This document shows positions 1 to 9,140 of a stretch of 64,000 nt of DNA, in pieces. Position 1 is the stretch's first letter. Each line of letters begins with the position of its first letter. The translations under genes were made by a program, and so were the position numbers. Source of the DNA: an uncultured virus (IMG/VR IMGVR_UViG_3300017728_001586) (lineage: Duplodnaviria; Heunggongvirae; Uroviricota; Caudoviricetes); IMG/VR virus record IMGVR_UViG_3300017728_001586, one strand, 5' to 3'. The notes beneath the pieces were generated by a model. It did no database searches and had not been told where the DNA came from. It worked only from the letters and a program-made list of their open reading frames with translations.

Positions 1-411
1 ACTTTTCATGAAATTATCTTTTTCTACTAGACCCTTTGGAAAATATACAGCAGTCATTTTGGTAGAAACCGAACCCCTTATTTCGTTTTTTTTACTGTTA
101 TGAGTATGTGGAAAAGAAAATCCACCAGCTCCATGTATAAGATTAGCCCAACAGGCTGATACTTGCATCTCTTCTTCTAGGAGTAAATCGTCTATCTGAC
201 GAGTTAAAGTTCTAAAACTATGATAAGTATGTTGCATCTTAGTGTTCGATTGCCAAGTGTTATTGGGTGTAGAAGCAAAACTTCGTGTGTCACCATCTGG
301 CGCAAGGAGTTTTTCTTGTTCAATTTCATCAATCAAGTTTTTGTTTAACTCAGTGTTATCTGGAAATTTATGACTCAGAAAAGGAGTGTAAAATATTTTA
401 TCTAAATGCAT
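1..411 (-). CDS. Putative 2OG-Fe(II) oxygenase (TIGR02466-like), runs off window start
   Basis: Not in ORF track; translated by hand from ATG at 411: MHLDKIFYTPFLSHKFPD...WQSN...CWANLIHGAGGFSFPHTH...AVYFP; same WQS / W-N / P-H-x-H pattern as 40091..40801. Confidence 0.7.
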   Translation of the reverse strand, partial: MHLDKIFYTPFLSHKFPDNTELNKNLIDEIEQEKLLAPDGDTRSFASTPNNTWQSNTKMQHTYHSFRTLTRQIDDLLLEEEMQVSACWANLIHGAGGFSFPHTHNSKKNEIRGSVSTKMTAVYFPKGLVEKDNFMKS

Positions 412-1169
412 TTTATATCTGTAATTTTATCTAGGTGTTCTATATTTATTTGATTATCAAATACTCTATTTTCTATATCAAAAACAAAAACAGACGCAAC
501 ATCTCCTTCGTTATTGCCAACTAAAAGTTTTCCATTTCTTTTTGCTAAACCTCTACAGAAACCCTTATTAATGAAATATCTATCGTCATCAATGACTAGT
601 TCATAGGCACCTGTATCAATAGTATAGAAATGTTCATCAACAATTATGTTATGACATTTTCTTCCTAATTCCTTTATCTTAGTATCTCCTCTATAAAACT
701 CAGATGGTTTTAGATTTCTATTGTGAAATACATAGTATAACTCATCTTTAAAAAATAGACTGTTGCAATGAGATTTTTTAGGAAGAACTTTAAAGAATGA
801 ACTGCCGTCATCTAAATTATGTATACCAATTGAGTTTTCGTGTGTATTCGCAACATACATGATATTGTCTTTCTTTAATATTTGATGCGTGTTAAAAAAA
901 CTAGTAATAGGTAATAGACCTTTGAATGTGTAATCATTGATATCGTAGATACCTATTTTAGTATGATTTGCAATGTAAATATTATCTTCATCATAAGTTA
1001 TGCCAAAGGGTCTAAAGGTTGGTCTGGTGTTTTTGCCTGATTTCATTCCTTCAACTGACAAGTCATCTAATTCAGGAGTGTAGGGTTTGACCAATTGTAG
1101 TTCAAAATTATCATTGTATACAAGAAAAGATACTCTGTTATCTTTTTTTGTACCAGTTATTATTATCAT
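402..1169 (-). CDS. Hypothetical protein, probable beta-propeller
   Basis: ORF 402..1202; ATG at 1169 overlaps upstream stop (ATGA); repeated strand-like motifs PFGITYD, HCNSL, CHNI, CRGLA. Confidence 0.6.
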   Translation of the reverse strand: MIIITGTKKDNRVSFLVYNDNFELQLVKPYTPELDDLSVEGMKSGKNTRPTFRPFGITYDEDNIYIANHTKIGIYDINDYTFKGLLPITSFFNTHQILKKDNIMYVANTHENSIGIHNLDDGSSFFKVLPKKSHCNSLFFKDELYYVFHNRNLKPSEFYRGDTKIKELGRKCHNIIVDEHFYTIDTGAYELVIDDDRYFINKGFCRGLAKRNGKLLVGNNEGDVASVFVFDIENRVFDNQINIEHLDKITDIKCI

Positions 1170-1759
1170 CTTCTTCCACAGTTTTTTTCTGCTCTGTGCC
1201 ATACATTGTAGTTGTTGCCTACAACTAATGCCATTAAAAGATTTATATTATTCATAGTTTTTGGTTCTAGAGTCTGTCGTTCTATATCAGAATTGATTGC
1301 AGGTATGAGAACAAGTGTTTTAACAAGAAACATTTGTGGTACTGATGGTTGTTCACCAACAATTGGATTTATTTCATAAACACAATTGTATTTAAGTCCA
1401 CGATAAGTTGTATAGATATCTGCAAGTTGTAGTGTGGTAAATGTAATCCACTGCTTAGTTGTGATTGGGTCAGATAGTGTAAATTGTGACTTGTTCTGAT
1501 TTTCCTTTAACTGTAATTCTATCAACTCTAGTGAATGCTCTGTCTGGACATAGTTGATAAGTTCTTTCTGATAACAACAAGTCCACCCCATTATAATTTC
1601 TTGTTTGGCCTTCGAGTCTAGCGCCCAAGTTGACGGCATCTCCGATGACGGAATAGTCAAATCTAAGTTCGGAACCCATGTTTCCGACAATACATTCGCC
1701 TGAACTGATACCGATGCCCACATTAATAGGAGGCAGGTTAAGAGGTTTAAGTTCTTCAT
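1166..1759 (-). CDS. Secreted/membrane protein (DUF5658-like C-terminus) overlapping the cyclase gene
   Basis: AAGGA Shine-Dalgarno before ATG, signal-peptide-like start MKNLNLLTCLLLMWASVSVQA, LQLADIYTT..EINP motif, stop coupled to next gene. Confidence 0.6.
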   Translation of the reverse strand: MKNLNLLTCLLLMWASVSVQANVLSETWVPNLDLTIPSSEMPSTWALDSKAKQEIIMGWTCCYQKELINYVQTEHSLELIELQLKENQNKSQFTLSDPITTKQWITFTTLQLADIYTTYRGLKYNCVYEINPIVGEQPSVPQMFLVKTLVLIPAINSDIERQTLEPKTMNNINLLMALVVGNNYNVWHRAEKNCGRR

Positions 1760-3308
1760 TTAATTCCTTTGTTGCATCTAGGACTTCTAGTGCTGATTTT
1801 ACGGCAAGGTCTGCGTGGTTTTCACAATCAAGTGGTGCATTCCAAAAACTCATTATGCAATCCCCCATATACTTATCTATGGTTCCACTATTATTTAGTA
1901 TGATTTTAGTTTGCATATCTAAAAACTTATTAATGAGTTCTACTAAACCTTCTGGATCATCTTTCTGCATATAGTGTTCGCTTATGGGAGTGAATCCGAT
2001 TATGTCCATAAACATGAAAGTCATCTCTCTTCTATCTCCGCCAAGTCTAAGTTTACTTGGGTCTTTTTGTAGTTCTTCAATCATGTCAGGAGATAAATAC
2101 TTTTGGAACTGCTTCTTAATTTGTTCTTTGAGTTGGTAAGTAGTATAGTATTGGTTAAAAGAAGCGTGTCCGAAAACAACAACGGAGCTTAACGATGACC
2201 AGAAGATATCGAAAAGAACGAGATTGTAAAACCACAAATAGTGACTTAACCCCACCTGAAGTAAAACGAACCCTACAGAGACTATCGCCGAGAAGGCTGT
2301 GGGAAGTTTGTAGACCGATACCAGTATTCCTAGAAGGACTAACAGAAGAAGAAAAGTCTCGAGCATTTCAAGAGTCTCGGATACATGTATTTGAACTCCT
2401 GACGAAACGGTTTGGATTAGGTGTGCTTGAACTTCGTGAGGATACATTACACCCATTGGGGTTGAAACTGGAATAGATAACCCCTCAGCGGTTAGTCCAT
2501 AGACTAGAATCTTTCCTTCTATATCAGAATCTTGCAAGTCTGCAAATGAGATAGATTCGAATTCGTTCCAATACGAAATCATCAAGTCTGCACTTGATGT
2601 GGTCTCTATTGGTTTGTCTCTTCCCATTTTAACCCATTCAATACCTGCATCAGCAGTTACCCTAGTTTGATAATTGGGTTGGTCATAGTATGCTCTGAGA
2701 ACTTCGAATCCTAAACTTGGATATAATTGACCATTTGCCTGGATGACTAGCGGAATCGCTCTGTTTGTTCCGTCAAAATTTGGTGTATTCGCCACAGGTG
2801 GTGTGGCAACTGTCACGCCCATACCCCAAGCTGAGTTTTGTAATTCGGTTCGGGGACTTACTAAACCTGAAAAGTTCCATACATGGTCTTGTATATTACC
2901 ATCTCCGAATACAGATGTATTTACAAATGGTGCGTTGCCTGATTCTTTTTGAATTGTTGGTGCTGATGATAATATCGTTAATCTGTTTTCTAGTGCCTCT
3001 GCAAAGACTTCATCACCACCGAATCTATCTTCTTCTGCGAATAGTATATTGAATACATGAGTATTTGAGTGATGTGTTTCCCATAATGTATCTGCGTATA
3101 TGTCTCTAGGGAAAGGATATTGACCGTACTTCTCTATTGCCTTTTCATCTATGTTGACCAGTAGTATGTCATCTACTATCACTTTTTCTTTTTGTTGATG
3201 TAGAACATCGAAGTAAGACCATCTAACATTATCTATTAGATAAGGCGACCATATCTTTATGCCCACGAGTGCAATGATGGTTATAAGTACAGTTTTCCAA
3301 TTATACAT
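1470..3308 (-). CDS. CHASE2-domain membrane adenylate cyclase (class III)
   Basis: N-terminal TM, LVNIDE..YGQYPFPR CHASE2 motif, three TM helices, catalytic motifs FMDIIGFT, DKYMGDC, DYSVIGDAVNLGARLE. Confidence 0.92.
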   Translation of the reverse strand: MYNWKTVLITIIALVGIKIWSPYLIDNVRWSYFDVLHQQKEKVIVDDILLVNIDEKAIEKYGQYPFPRDIYADTLWETHHSNTHVFNILFAEEDRFGGDEVFAEALENRLTILSSAPTIQKESGNAPFVNTSVFGDGNIQDHVWNFSGLVSPRTELQNSAWGMGVTVATPPVANTPNFDGTNRAIPLVIQANGQLYPSLGFEVLRAYYDQPNYQTRVTADAGIEWVKMGRDKPIETTSSADLMISYWNEFESISFADLQDSDIEGKILVYGLTAEGLSIPVSTPMGVMYPHEVQAHLIQTVSSGVQIHVSETLEMLETFLLLLVLLGILVSVYKLPTAFSAIVSVGFVLLQVGLSHYLWFYNLVLFDIFWSSLSSVVVFGHASFNQYYTTYQLKEQIKKQFQKYLSPDMIEELQKDPSKLRLGGDRREMTFMFMDIIGFTPISEHYMQKDDPEGLVELINKFLDMQTKIILNNSGTIDKYMGDCIMSFWNAPLDCENHADLAVKSALEVLDATKELNEELKPLNLPPINVGIGISSGECIVGNMGSELRFDYSVIGDAVNLGARLEGQTRNYNGVDLLLSERTYQLCPDRAFTRVDRITVKGKSEQVTIYTI

Positions 3309-3374
3309 AGATATCTATCAGGTTACCCTTTTTCCATTCGAGTAGTCGATATCTCCTGTATCTGTTTTGTGGCA

Positions 3375-3554
3375 CTATTCAATTGTGGGCCACGCAAAAA
3401 AGAATATGTATAGACAAACACCAATGAGTGATATTGCAAGAACTGTTGACCAGAAACTTGACCACCATTGTTGTTTTTTCTTTCTACGATATTCGTTAAC
3501 CATTGCGATGGTCCTTTCTCGTGCATCTTTTGAAAATGGATTCGCTTCATTCAT
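3375..3554 (-). CDS. Small single-TM membrane protein (59 aa)
   Basis: Hand translation MNEANPFSKDARERTIAMVNEYRRKKKQQWWSSFWSTVLAISLIGVCLYIFFFAWPTIE; ATGA-coupled to upstream ORF. Confidence 0.6.
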   Translation of the reverse strand: MNEANPFSKDARERTIAMVNEYRRKKKQQWWSSFWSTVLAISLIGVCLYIFFFAWPTIE

Positions 3555-3652
3555 AATATTAAACCGATAATAAAACCTATGTTTAGTCCTAAAGAACAGA
3601 CTAAGATAAAGTCTTTTTTAAAAGAATACGGTATCATGTCGATTGTGTTCAT
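3551..3652 (-). CDS. Small hydrophobic peptide (33 aa)
   Basis: MNTIDMIPYSFKKDFILVCSLGLNIGFIIGLIL; ATGA overlaps at both ends. Confidence 0.5.
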   Translation of the reverse strand: MNTIDMIPYSFKKDFILVCSLGLNIGFIIGLIL

Positions 3653-3906
3653 GAGAATTTCTTCTGTATTCGTTTATAGATATAGTATATAGACAGTCCA
3701 TAAGTAGCGAGAACAGTCATTGTAAAACCTATGTAAATAAGTTCTATTGGTGTTAGGAAGAGAACTTGCCAAACGAAATCAGATGCAGCTTCTACATCAC
3801 CCAAAGATTCAGGCATGACCATATCGTTCTCTTCAAAGAGTTCTAATATGTCGTCATACTCTTCTTCAGTGAGACACTCGTAAAACTCAGGTGGACATTC
3901 ACTCAT
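3649..3906 (-). CDS. Small membrane protein, acidic N-terminus
   Basis: 85 aa ORF with C-terminal TM segment, ATGA coupling. Confidence 0.65.
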   Translation of the reverse strand: MSECPPEFYECLTEEEYDDILELFEENDMVMPESLGDVEAASDFVWQVLFLTPIELIYIGFTMTVLATYGLSIYYIYKRIQKKFS

Positions 3907-4673
3907 TGTTGGGTCACCGATGTACTACAACCACCGACTGTCATGCAATCGACTGATATAGTATAAGACTGAGTACCACTAGTACCAAATTGTAATAATG
4001 TTAAGTCTGTTCCATATAAACCATCAAGAGTTATATTTGCAGTGTGATTTGCACTAGTTCCTTTCTGACGGACATACACATCGTTATAATCATTGTAGAT
4101 TGTTAAGTTTGTAGTTTTTACACCATTGCCTTGTTGTTTGATTTGAACTTCGTTATGGTCACCTGCTAAATGCAAATCAAAGTTATGACCATCCCATGCA
4201 TTATGTTGATTTGTTTGTTGAACTGCTAATTTGTTATAGTCGCCATACATTGTAATGTCTATCTCGTGTCCGCCACCTTCACTACCATCATGACTCCAAT
4301 CTAAATTTGTTTCGGAGTCTAGTGAATCCCAAGTAATGCCTTGACCAAGTTTCATTTTGTTACCAGTACCACTGACCTCATCAAATACAATTGAGTTGGG
4401 ATAAGTATAACTTGATGATGTATTGTGTATGTTGTATTGAACCATATACACACCTAGACTAGAAGCATTAATATATGAATTAGCATCTAACATTTTAATT
4501 TCATTATCGAAACCAATTTGTTCTATACCTAGTTCAAAATTATCTCCGCTTTGTTCAATAGATATAACATTGTCATCAGCGTATACAGGAAATACCATGA
4601 GATAACAAGCACCCCATGGTAGTATCCAGTATTTGTAAAATTTATTTTTTAATTTGTTTAAAAAATCCACCAT
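3903..4673 (-). CDS. Curlin-repeat (CsgA/CsgB-like) secreted protein
   Basis: Repeats such as ISIEQSGDN, VQIKQQGNG, VYVRQKG, LLQFG; signal-like N-terminus; lies in csgF/csgG cluster. Confidence 0.75.
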   Translation of the reverse strand: MVDFLNKLKNKFYKYWILPWGACYLMVFPVYADDNVISIEQSGDNFELGIEQIGFDNEIKMLDANSYINASSLGVYMVQYNIHNTSSSYTYPNSIVFDEVSGTGNKMKLGQGITWDSLDSETNLDWSHDGSEGGGHEIDITMYGDYNKLAVQQTNQHNAWDGHNFDLHLAGDHNEVQIKQQGNGVKTTNLTIYNDYNDVYVRQKGTSANHTANITLDGLYGTDLTLLQFGTSGTQSYTISVDCMTVGGCSTSVTQQ

Positions 4674-4813
4674 AATAATAATCCTAAAATTAATCCCTCG
4701 GTGTATGACACCCATAACATTTCATATTCATCTAAACCAAAATAGTCGGCAACTTCCCATGTTAGGTTTTCATGCCATTGTCTTAGTTTAGTAAAGTCAA
4801 TATTTATGCTCAT
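4658..4813 (-). CDS. Small membrane protein
   Basis: Start MSINIDF after GGAGAG RBS; hydrophobic C-terminus. Confidence 0.55.
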   Translation of the reverse strand: MSINIDFTKLRQWHENLTWEVADYFGLDEYEMLWVSYTEGLILGLLLWWIF

Positions 4814-4823
4814 AAATCTCTCC

Positions 4824-5981
4824 TTAATCTTGTCGTATAACAATTGTAATTCCATCTCCATCTCCAAATGTCATGACACCTGAGTATCCTGGAACTTCGG
4901 CATCTATAATACCTGAACCACCACTTGTTATAATTATATTTATGACTCCTTGGACATCACGAAAGAAAACTAAGTCTCCGTCTTGTTCGAAAACATTAAA
5001 CTGAGAATCTTTGTTGAAACCTTGTGAGGCACCTTTAAGTGCAAACCCAGCTAATTCAGTACCCGAACTACTTTTGGAACCTAACGATACCGTGGTTCTC
5101 TCTAATTCTTCTATAACATCTAATAAGTCTTGTAAAAAATCCACATCCAAATAATCTATGTCCAACTCTGAAAATGATAAATCTTCAGTCGTATCGGCCA
5201 AAGCATCTCCCTCAAGTTCATTGAACTCTAAGAAGTCTACATCTAATAGACCTTGGTCATCATAGTTTTCATCTTGATAGGATTCTTCCATCGCATTTCG
5301 TATTTCCGAAGGCGGATTTACGATGAACATGTTGTCAATCAGACTCGGTGTAATACCTTGAACCGTGACTGCTGTAGTTGGTGATGAATCAAACGATGCA
5401 ACAGTAGTTGCCTGATATGGTTGATTTAAAACAACTTCACCACCGTCATTATAAACTAGTATTTCTCCAGATGATTCACCTGTATCTTCATCCGGAAGTA
5501 AGATTACCATAGTCCTTCCCAACTCATCAATGGTGGTTGTAAAATCTGTCCCTCTCATTGTGATATTGGCTGTAGGAGTAGATACATCTACATTTTGTTT
5601 TTTAATTCTTGAACCACCACCCGAGGCGAATCGTGCTGTGCCTCGTGCCATTCGTATTGACATTTTGGATAAACTTGGGTCGGGGTCGTAATATGCCTCG
5701 TCTATGTAAACGAGTGAGTTTTCTGTTAAACTCAATTTTTCATTATCTAAAAATTGTATGAGCATACGCCCATTGGCAGTCTCTGCTTCATCATACATGT
5801 TGATGTCTGTACCGACATCTGTTAGAATTCTGTCCTGCTCTCTTTTTACAGATGTGACACCTGTAGATTCAATTACACCGCCAATGGGCTCAGCCCAGCT
5901 GAACCCACCAGCGAATAATAAAAAGAAACTAACTATCGCTGCCGGAATCTTTTTGTGTAATCTGAATAATCGCATTGTCAC
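4824..5981 (-). CDS. FecR-domain secreted protein with acidic C-terminal region
   Basis: Signal peptide, ETANGR-x-FLD, VSTPTANITMRGTDF FecR motifs. Confidence 0.8.
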   Translation of the reverse strand: MTMRLFRLHKKIPAAIVSFFLLFAGGFSWAEPIGGVIESTGVTSVKREQDRILTDVGTDINMYDEAETANGRMLIQFLDNEKLSLTENSLVYIDEAYYDPDPSLSKMSIRMARGTARFASGGGSRIKKQNVDVSTPTANITMRGTDFTTTIDELGRTMVILLPDEDTGESSGEILVYNDGGEVVLNQPYQATTVASFDSSPTTAVTVQGITPSLIDNMFIVNPPSEIRNAMEESYQDENYDDQGLLDVDFLEFNELEGDALADTTEDLSFSELDIDYLDVDFLQDLLDVIEELERTTVSLGSKSSSGTELAGFALKGASQGFNKDSQFNVFEQDGDLVFFRDVQGVINIIITSGGSGIIDAEVPGYSGVMTFGDGDGITIVIRQD

Positions 5982-6663
5982 TGTTTACATTAAGATTGAC
6001 ATTTGCATTAGGTGTTGCACACCCTCCGCCAGAAGCTGCACATGTGCCTGATATCTGAGTGATATCAACATCAGCACTGTCTCCTGTAAAATCAAAATTA
6101 AGTGTTTGTGAACCATCTTTTTGCAATGTATTGAAATTAGAACTAGAACCAGTCACATCGAAATTCCATGTGACATCATCTGATTCCCAATCAATATCAA
6201 AAACATTACTACTTCCAATGAGAACTAAATCCGCATTTAATCTCTCTGCACTTGCAACAGCACCTTGGTCGATATCGAATGTATTCGAATCGCCTGTCAT
6301 TGCGAAATTGATGTCTGAATCATCTGAACTACCTGTAGAACCTATGTTCCAGTCAATAGCGTTAGAATCACCAGTCATCGATATAGCGTAGTTCGATGTA
6401 TCGGCAACGAGAGGTCCGAATAACAAGTTCTTGTTACCTATCATATCTATGTTGAAATCCAAAGTCACACCAGTAATGGTCATGTTTGAACCAGAACCAC
6501 TTGAAAAGTCGTTTAGTCCTACTTTGTTACCAAAACCAACTTGGTCAACATATAATTTTAGAGTATCACCAACTTGTGTTATCATAATCTCATTATCATC
6601 AGTTGCAGCTGCGAAAACGAATGGTGTCGACATTAGTAATAAAATACTTAAAATTTTATTCAT
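5929..6663 (-). CDS. Curlin-like beta-solenoid secreted protein
   Basis: Signal peptide; about 20-27 aa repeats of x-M/V-TGDSN-x-F-D-I; acidic. Confidence 0.75.
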   Translation of the reverse strand: MNKILSILLLMSTPFVFAAATDDNEIMITQVGDTLKLYVDQVGFGNKVGLNDFSSGSGSNMTITGVTLDFNIDMIGNKNLLFGPLVADTSNYAISMTGDSNAIDWNIGSTGSSDDSDINFAMTGDSNTFDIDQGAVASAERLNADLVLIGSSNVFDIDWESDDVTWNFDVTGSSSNFNTLQKDGSQTLNFDFTGDSADVDITQISGTCAASGGGCATPNANVNLNVNSDNAIIQITQKDSGSDS

Positions 6664-7621
6664 TTTCTTCTCCTTTTATTGAGTGTAAATCATTTACACC
6701 ATCACTATTGTGTGGGTGTCTATGACCTTCCTCTATTTTCCAAAAACCCCTATCATGCCCTTGGTAGATTAATTCCAGTACGGCAGCCTCAATAGCTGTT
6801 CGTACCGCATATGTCACTGACTCATTATTACCCACTCCGTCCTCGAACTCTATCAATTGTGTACCTTCTTCAATGAATCGGAATACATCGCCGCCTGAAC
6901 CATAAGAAAGGATAGTCTTTCTTGTTTGGACATTCAATAATACTTCACCTGTTAGAACTGAAACAGCTCTCATACTAACCGTGACAGCATCTTGACGATA
7001 CTGTCTACTAACTCCAATTCCTAGTGTCCTTGCGCCTCGACCACCAGTTAATAAATTGGAATCATAACCTATTATACCACCCTCTATTATCATACCTGCG
7101 AATAGTAAGGGTTGTAAATTTTGAAACTTGTCTTCGCCTTGTTGTTTAGCAAAGTCTTGTCTAGCAGAACGAATGATTTGTCTCTCTCTTACTAAGTTGT
7201 CTATGCCATGTCTTTCAACAACTCTAAACCATGTTCCTTTACCTGCCGTTTTAAGTGCATCAATAACCATTTCGGTTGCACCTTGTGTCACAGCAGTAGA
7301 AAATGATGCGAGATTATCTTCTGCCTTTCTTTGACCAGTCTTATCTATAAAATTATAAACTGCAACAGTAGGTCTTTCTTTTGCCTTAGGCAAATTCAGT
7401 AGTTCTAAATGTGAAGGTAGATTAATTACAGTAGCATTTTCTACACATATGTAATTTCTAGACCATGCCTTTGCGACACCTGTGACAACATCTCTGCCGA
7501 AACCCTCATCAAATCTTCCTGTCTCATAGGCACAATCTGCTGGGTTGTCTGACCACTTTGGAACAGATGCACATCCAGATAGTAAAAGTACGCAGGTGAG
7601 TAAATATTTAACCAGTTCCAT
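6656..7621 (-). CDS. csgG: Curli secretion channel lipoprotein CsgG
   Basis: Lipobox LSGC; VAVYNFIDKTGQRK, FSTAVTQG, WFRVVER, GGIIGYDSN, NESVT..V..AIEAAV motifs. Confidence 0.92.
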   Translation of the reverse strand: MELVKYLLTCVLLLSGCASVPKWSDNPADCAYETGRFDEGFGRDVVTGVAKAWSRNYICVENATVINLPSHLELLNLPKAKERPTVAVYNFIDKTGQRKAEDNLASFSTAVTQGATEMVIDALKTAGKGTWFRVVERHGIDNLVRERQIIRSARQDFAKQQGEDKFQNLQPLLFAGMIIEGGIIGYDSNLLTGGRGARTLGIGVSRQYRQDAVTVSMRAVSVLTGEVLLNVQTRKTILSYGSGGDVFRFIEEGTQLIEFEDGVGNNESVTYAVRTAIEAAVLELIYQGHDRGFWKIEEGHRHPHNSDGVNDLHSIKGEENE

Positions 7622-8096
7622 CTGAGTCTTGTCCAAAGTTTCCTGTTCCGATTGGTATCTCAATAACTGTTTCTGTTCCATCGGAATCAACAATTGTCAT
7701 TCGTATAAATTCTGAACCATCTTCGTTAGTCATTACTTCATATGTGACAACATTGCCCTCTAAACTAAATGAACCAAATCTAACTGAACCGTCATTCGAA
7801 AACATAGACTCAACCAATTGTTTTGCCATTTGAGCATAAATTCGTGATTCTAAATTACGAATAAATTTGGCCATGGTTGTATTGTCTTCTGCCCTTTCAG
7901 CTGCCTTTCTAGCAGATTCAAGTGCATCTTCTATTTCTTTTTTTCTTGTAAACTCTTGGTTCTCAACGGTTAGGTAATGTGATGCTGTGCCTATTCCACT
8001 GAAACTAGGGTTTTTAAATTTATGTTTTATATCAGCCTGTACGCTTTCGCTAATACAGAATACTGAAACTAAGAATATGATTTGTAATAATTTCAT
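7608..8096 (-). CDS. csgF: Curli assembly component CsgF
   Basis: Signal peptide then HKFKNPSFSG; ends TVIEIP; adjacent to csgG. Confidence 0.85.
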   Translation of the reverse strand: MKLLQIIFLVSVFCISESVQADIKHKFKNPSFSGIGTASHYLTVENQEFTRKKEIEDALESARKAAERAEDNTTMAKFIRNLESRIYAQMAKQLVESMFSNDGSVRFGSFSLEGNVVTYEVMTNEDGSEFIRMTIVDSDGTETVIEIPIGTGNFGQDSDGTG

Positions 8097-8350
8097 TTCT
8101 TTTTCACCTCTTCCTTTTTGGCATTCTCTTTCATCTCTAAAACTACATCTACTTTTTGTTGTAGTCTTATTAAGTCTTGGTCTAACATTCTTGTTTGGTC
8201 TATTACTTTAATTAATTGAAAGTGCATTTTTTCAATTTCGGGTTCTAGTTTTTCACCTACAAACCACCAAATGTAATATATGAAATAACCGAGTCCTACT
8301 GCCATCACAATGGGAAATCCGAAATCGGAGATTAATTGTGCAATGTCCAT
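8093..8350 (-). CDS. Small single-TM coiled-coil protein
   Basis: GFPIV TM segment then coiled coil; architecture like the neighbouring gene. Confidence 0.7.
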   Translation of the reverse strand: MDIAQLISDFGFPIVMAVGLGYFIYYIWWFVGEKLEPEIEKMHFQLIKVIDQTRMLDQDLIRLQQKVDVVLEMKENAKKEEVKKK

Positions 8351-8646
8351 CAGTCTCTCCTGACATCGAGCTTATCATCTTCTATGAAGTTTTCAGCTCT
8401 CGCAATTCTCTCTATGTCTGGTCTCAACTCTAAAGCACTTGATACAAGTAAATCTATCTTAATCATTTCGTTAGACATTGTTCTTGCTCGATTTTCTAAA
8501 GATTTACAGAACATTGTAAGTGTGGAAATAGAATCAACTACACCCTCAAGTATCTGTTTAATAACTATGAATATAAAGAACCCCATTACTACTGAACCAG
8601 CAATCGGAGCACCCACTTCACCTATTAGATTAAAAATCTCTTCCAT
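8350..8646 (-). CDS. Small single-TM coiled-coil protein
   Basis: GAPIA TM segment then coiled coil; first gene after late promoter. Confidence 0.7.
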   Translation of the reverse strand: MEEIFNLIGEVGAPIAGSVVMGFFIFIVIKQILEGVVDSISTLTMFCKSLENRARTMSNEMIKIDLLVSSALELRPDIERIARAENFIEDDKLDVRRD

Positions 8647-8651
8647 ACTGT

Positions 8652-8659
8652 TATTTATA
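8652..8659 (-). promoter_or_regulatory. T4-type late promoter TATAAATA heading the curli/cyclase cassette
   Basis: Exact TATAAATA on minus strand just before ATG at 8646 and just after a terminator. Confidence 0.75.
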
Positions 8660-8682
8660 CAAATTGTCTTTTCCTAAGGGCT

Positions 8683-8711
8683 AAAAAAAAGGGACTCTAA
8701 CGAGTCCCTTT
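8683..8711 (-). terminator. Rho-independent terminator
   Basis: AAAGGGACTC-loop-GAGTCCCTTT hairpin with T8 run on minus strand. Confidence 0.85.
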
Positions 8712-8733
8712 CGTGTCCTGGTAGGACTAATAA

Positions 8734-9063
8734 TTATTCTTCTTCGGTATCATCACCATCAGAATCATTATTATTTTTCAGTTGCGAGTGTATTTCGGTA
8801 ATTACAGCTGCTTTCGAACCACTTCTTTTTACTTTCAGTGATTTTTTATCAGCAAGTTCTAATAGTTGAACTTTAGTTAATGTCTTAAGTTCAGCCTTAG
8901 ATGTAATACCGTTATTGTTTTTATCTGCAACAACTTTTGGTTTCACTACTCTTGGTTTTCTAACCGGAGGTGGAGCCACCGTTGTTGTAGTTGTTTCGTT
9001 ATCTCTATTGAAATAAGCGTAAACAATAACAAATAACACTACAATTGCAATTGCGTATTCCAT
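8734..9063 (-). CDS. Membrane-anchored protein with Rho-N/HeH-like small domain
   Basis: N-terminal TM, Thr/Pro linker, LKTLTKVQLLELA...KAAVI motif. Confidence 0.6.
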   Translation of the reverse strand: MEYAIAIVVLFVIVYAYFNRDNETTTTTVAPPPVRKPRVVKPKVVADKNNNGITSKAELKTLTKVQLLELADKKSLKVKRSGSKAAVITEIHSQLKNNNDSDGDDTEEE

Positions 9064-9092
9064 AATATACTCCTATCAAATTATGAGACTCC

Positions 9093-9130
9093 AGTATATC
9101 GAAGTTTCGTGTATTTGTCTAGGGGGTTTT
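9093..9130 (-). promoter_or_regulatory. Sigma70-like promoter with upstream AAAACCCC box
   Basis: TAGACA-N17-TATACT. Confidence 0.6.
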
Positions 9131-9140
9131 ATAGAACTTT

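Noticed and set aside
3323..3550. 75-aa ORF from the track
   Set aside because: The overlapping frame 3375..3554 gives an ATGA-coupled ORF with a clear TM segment and is more plausible.
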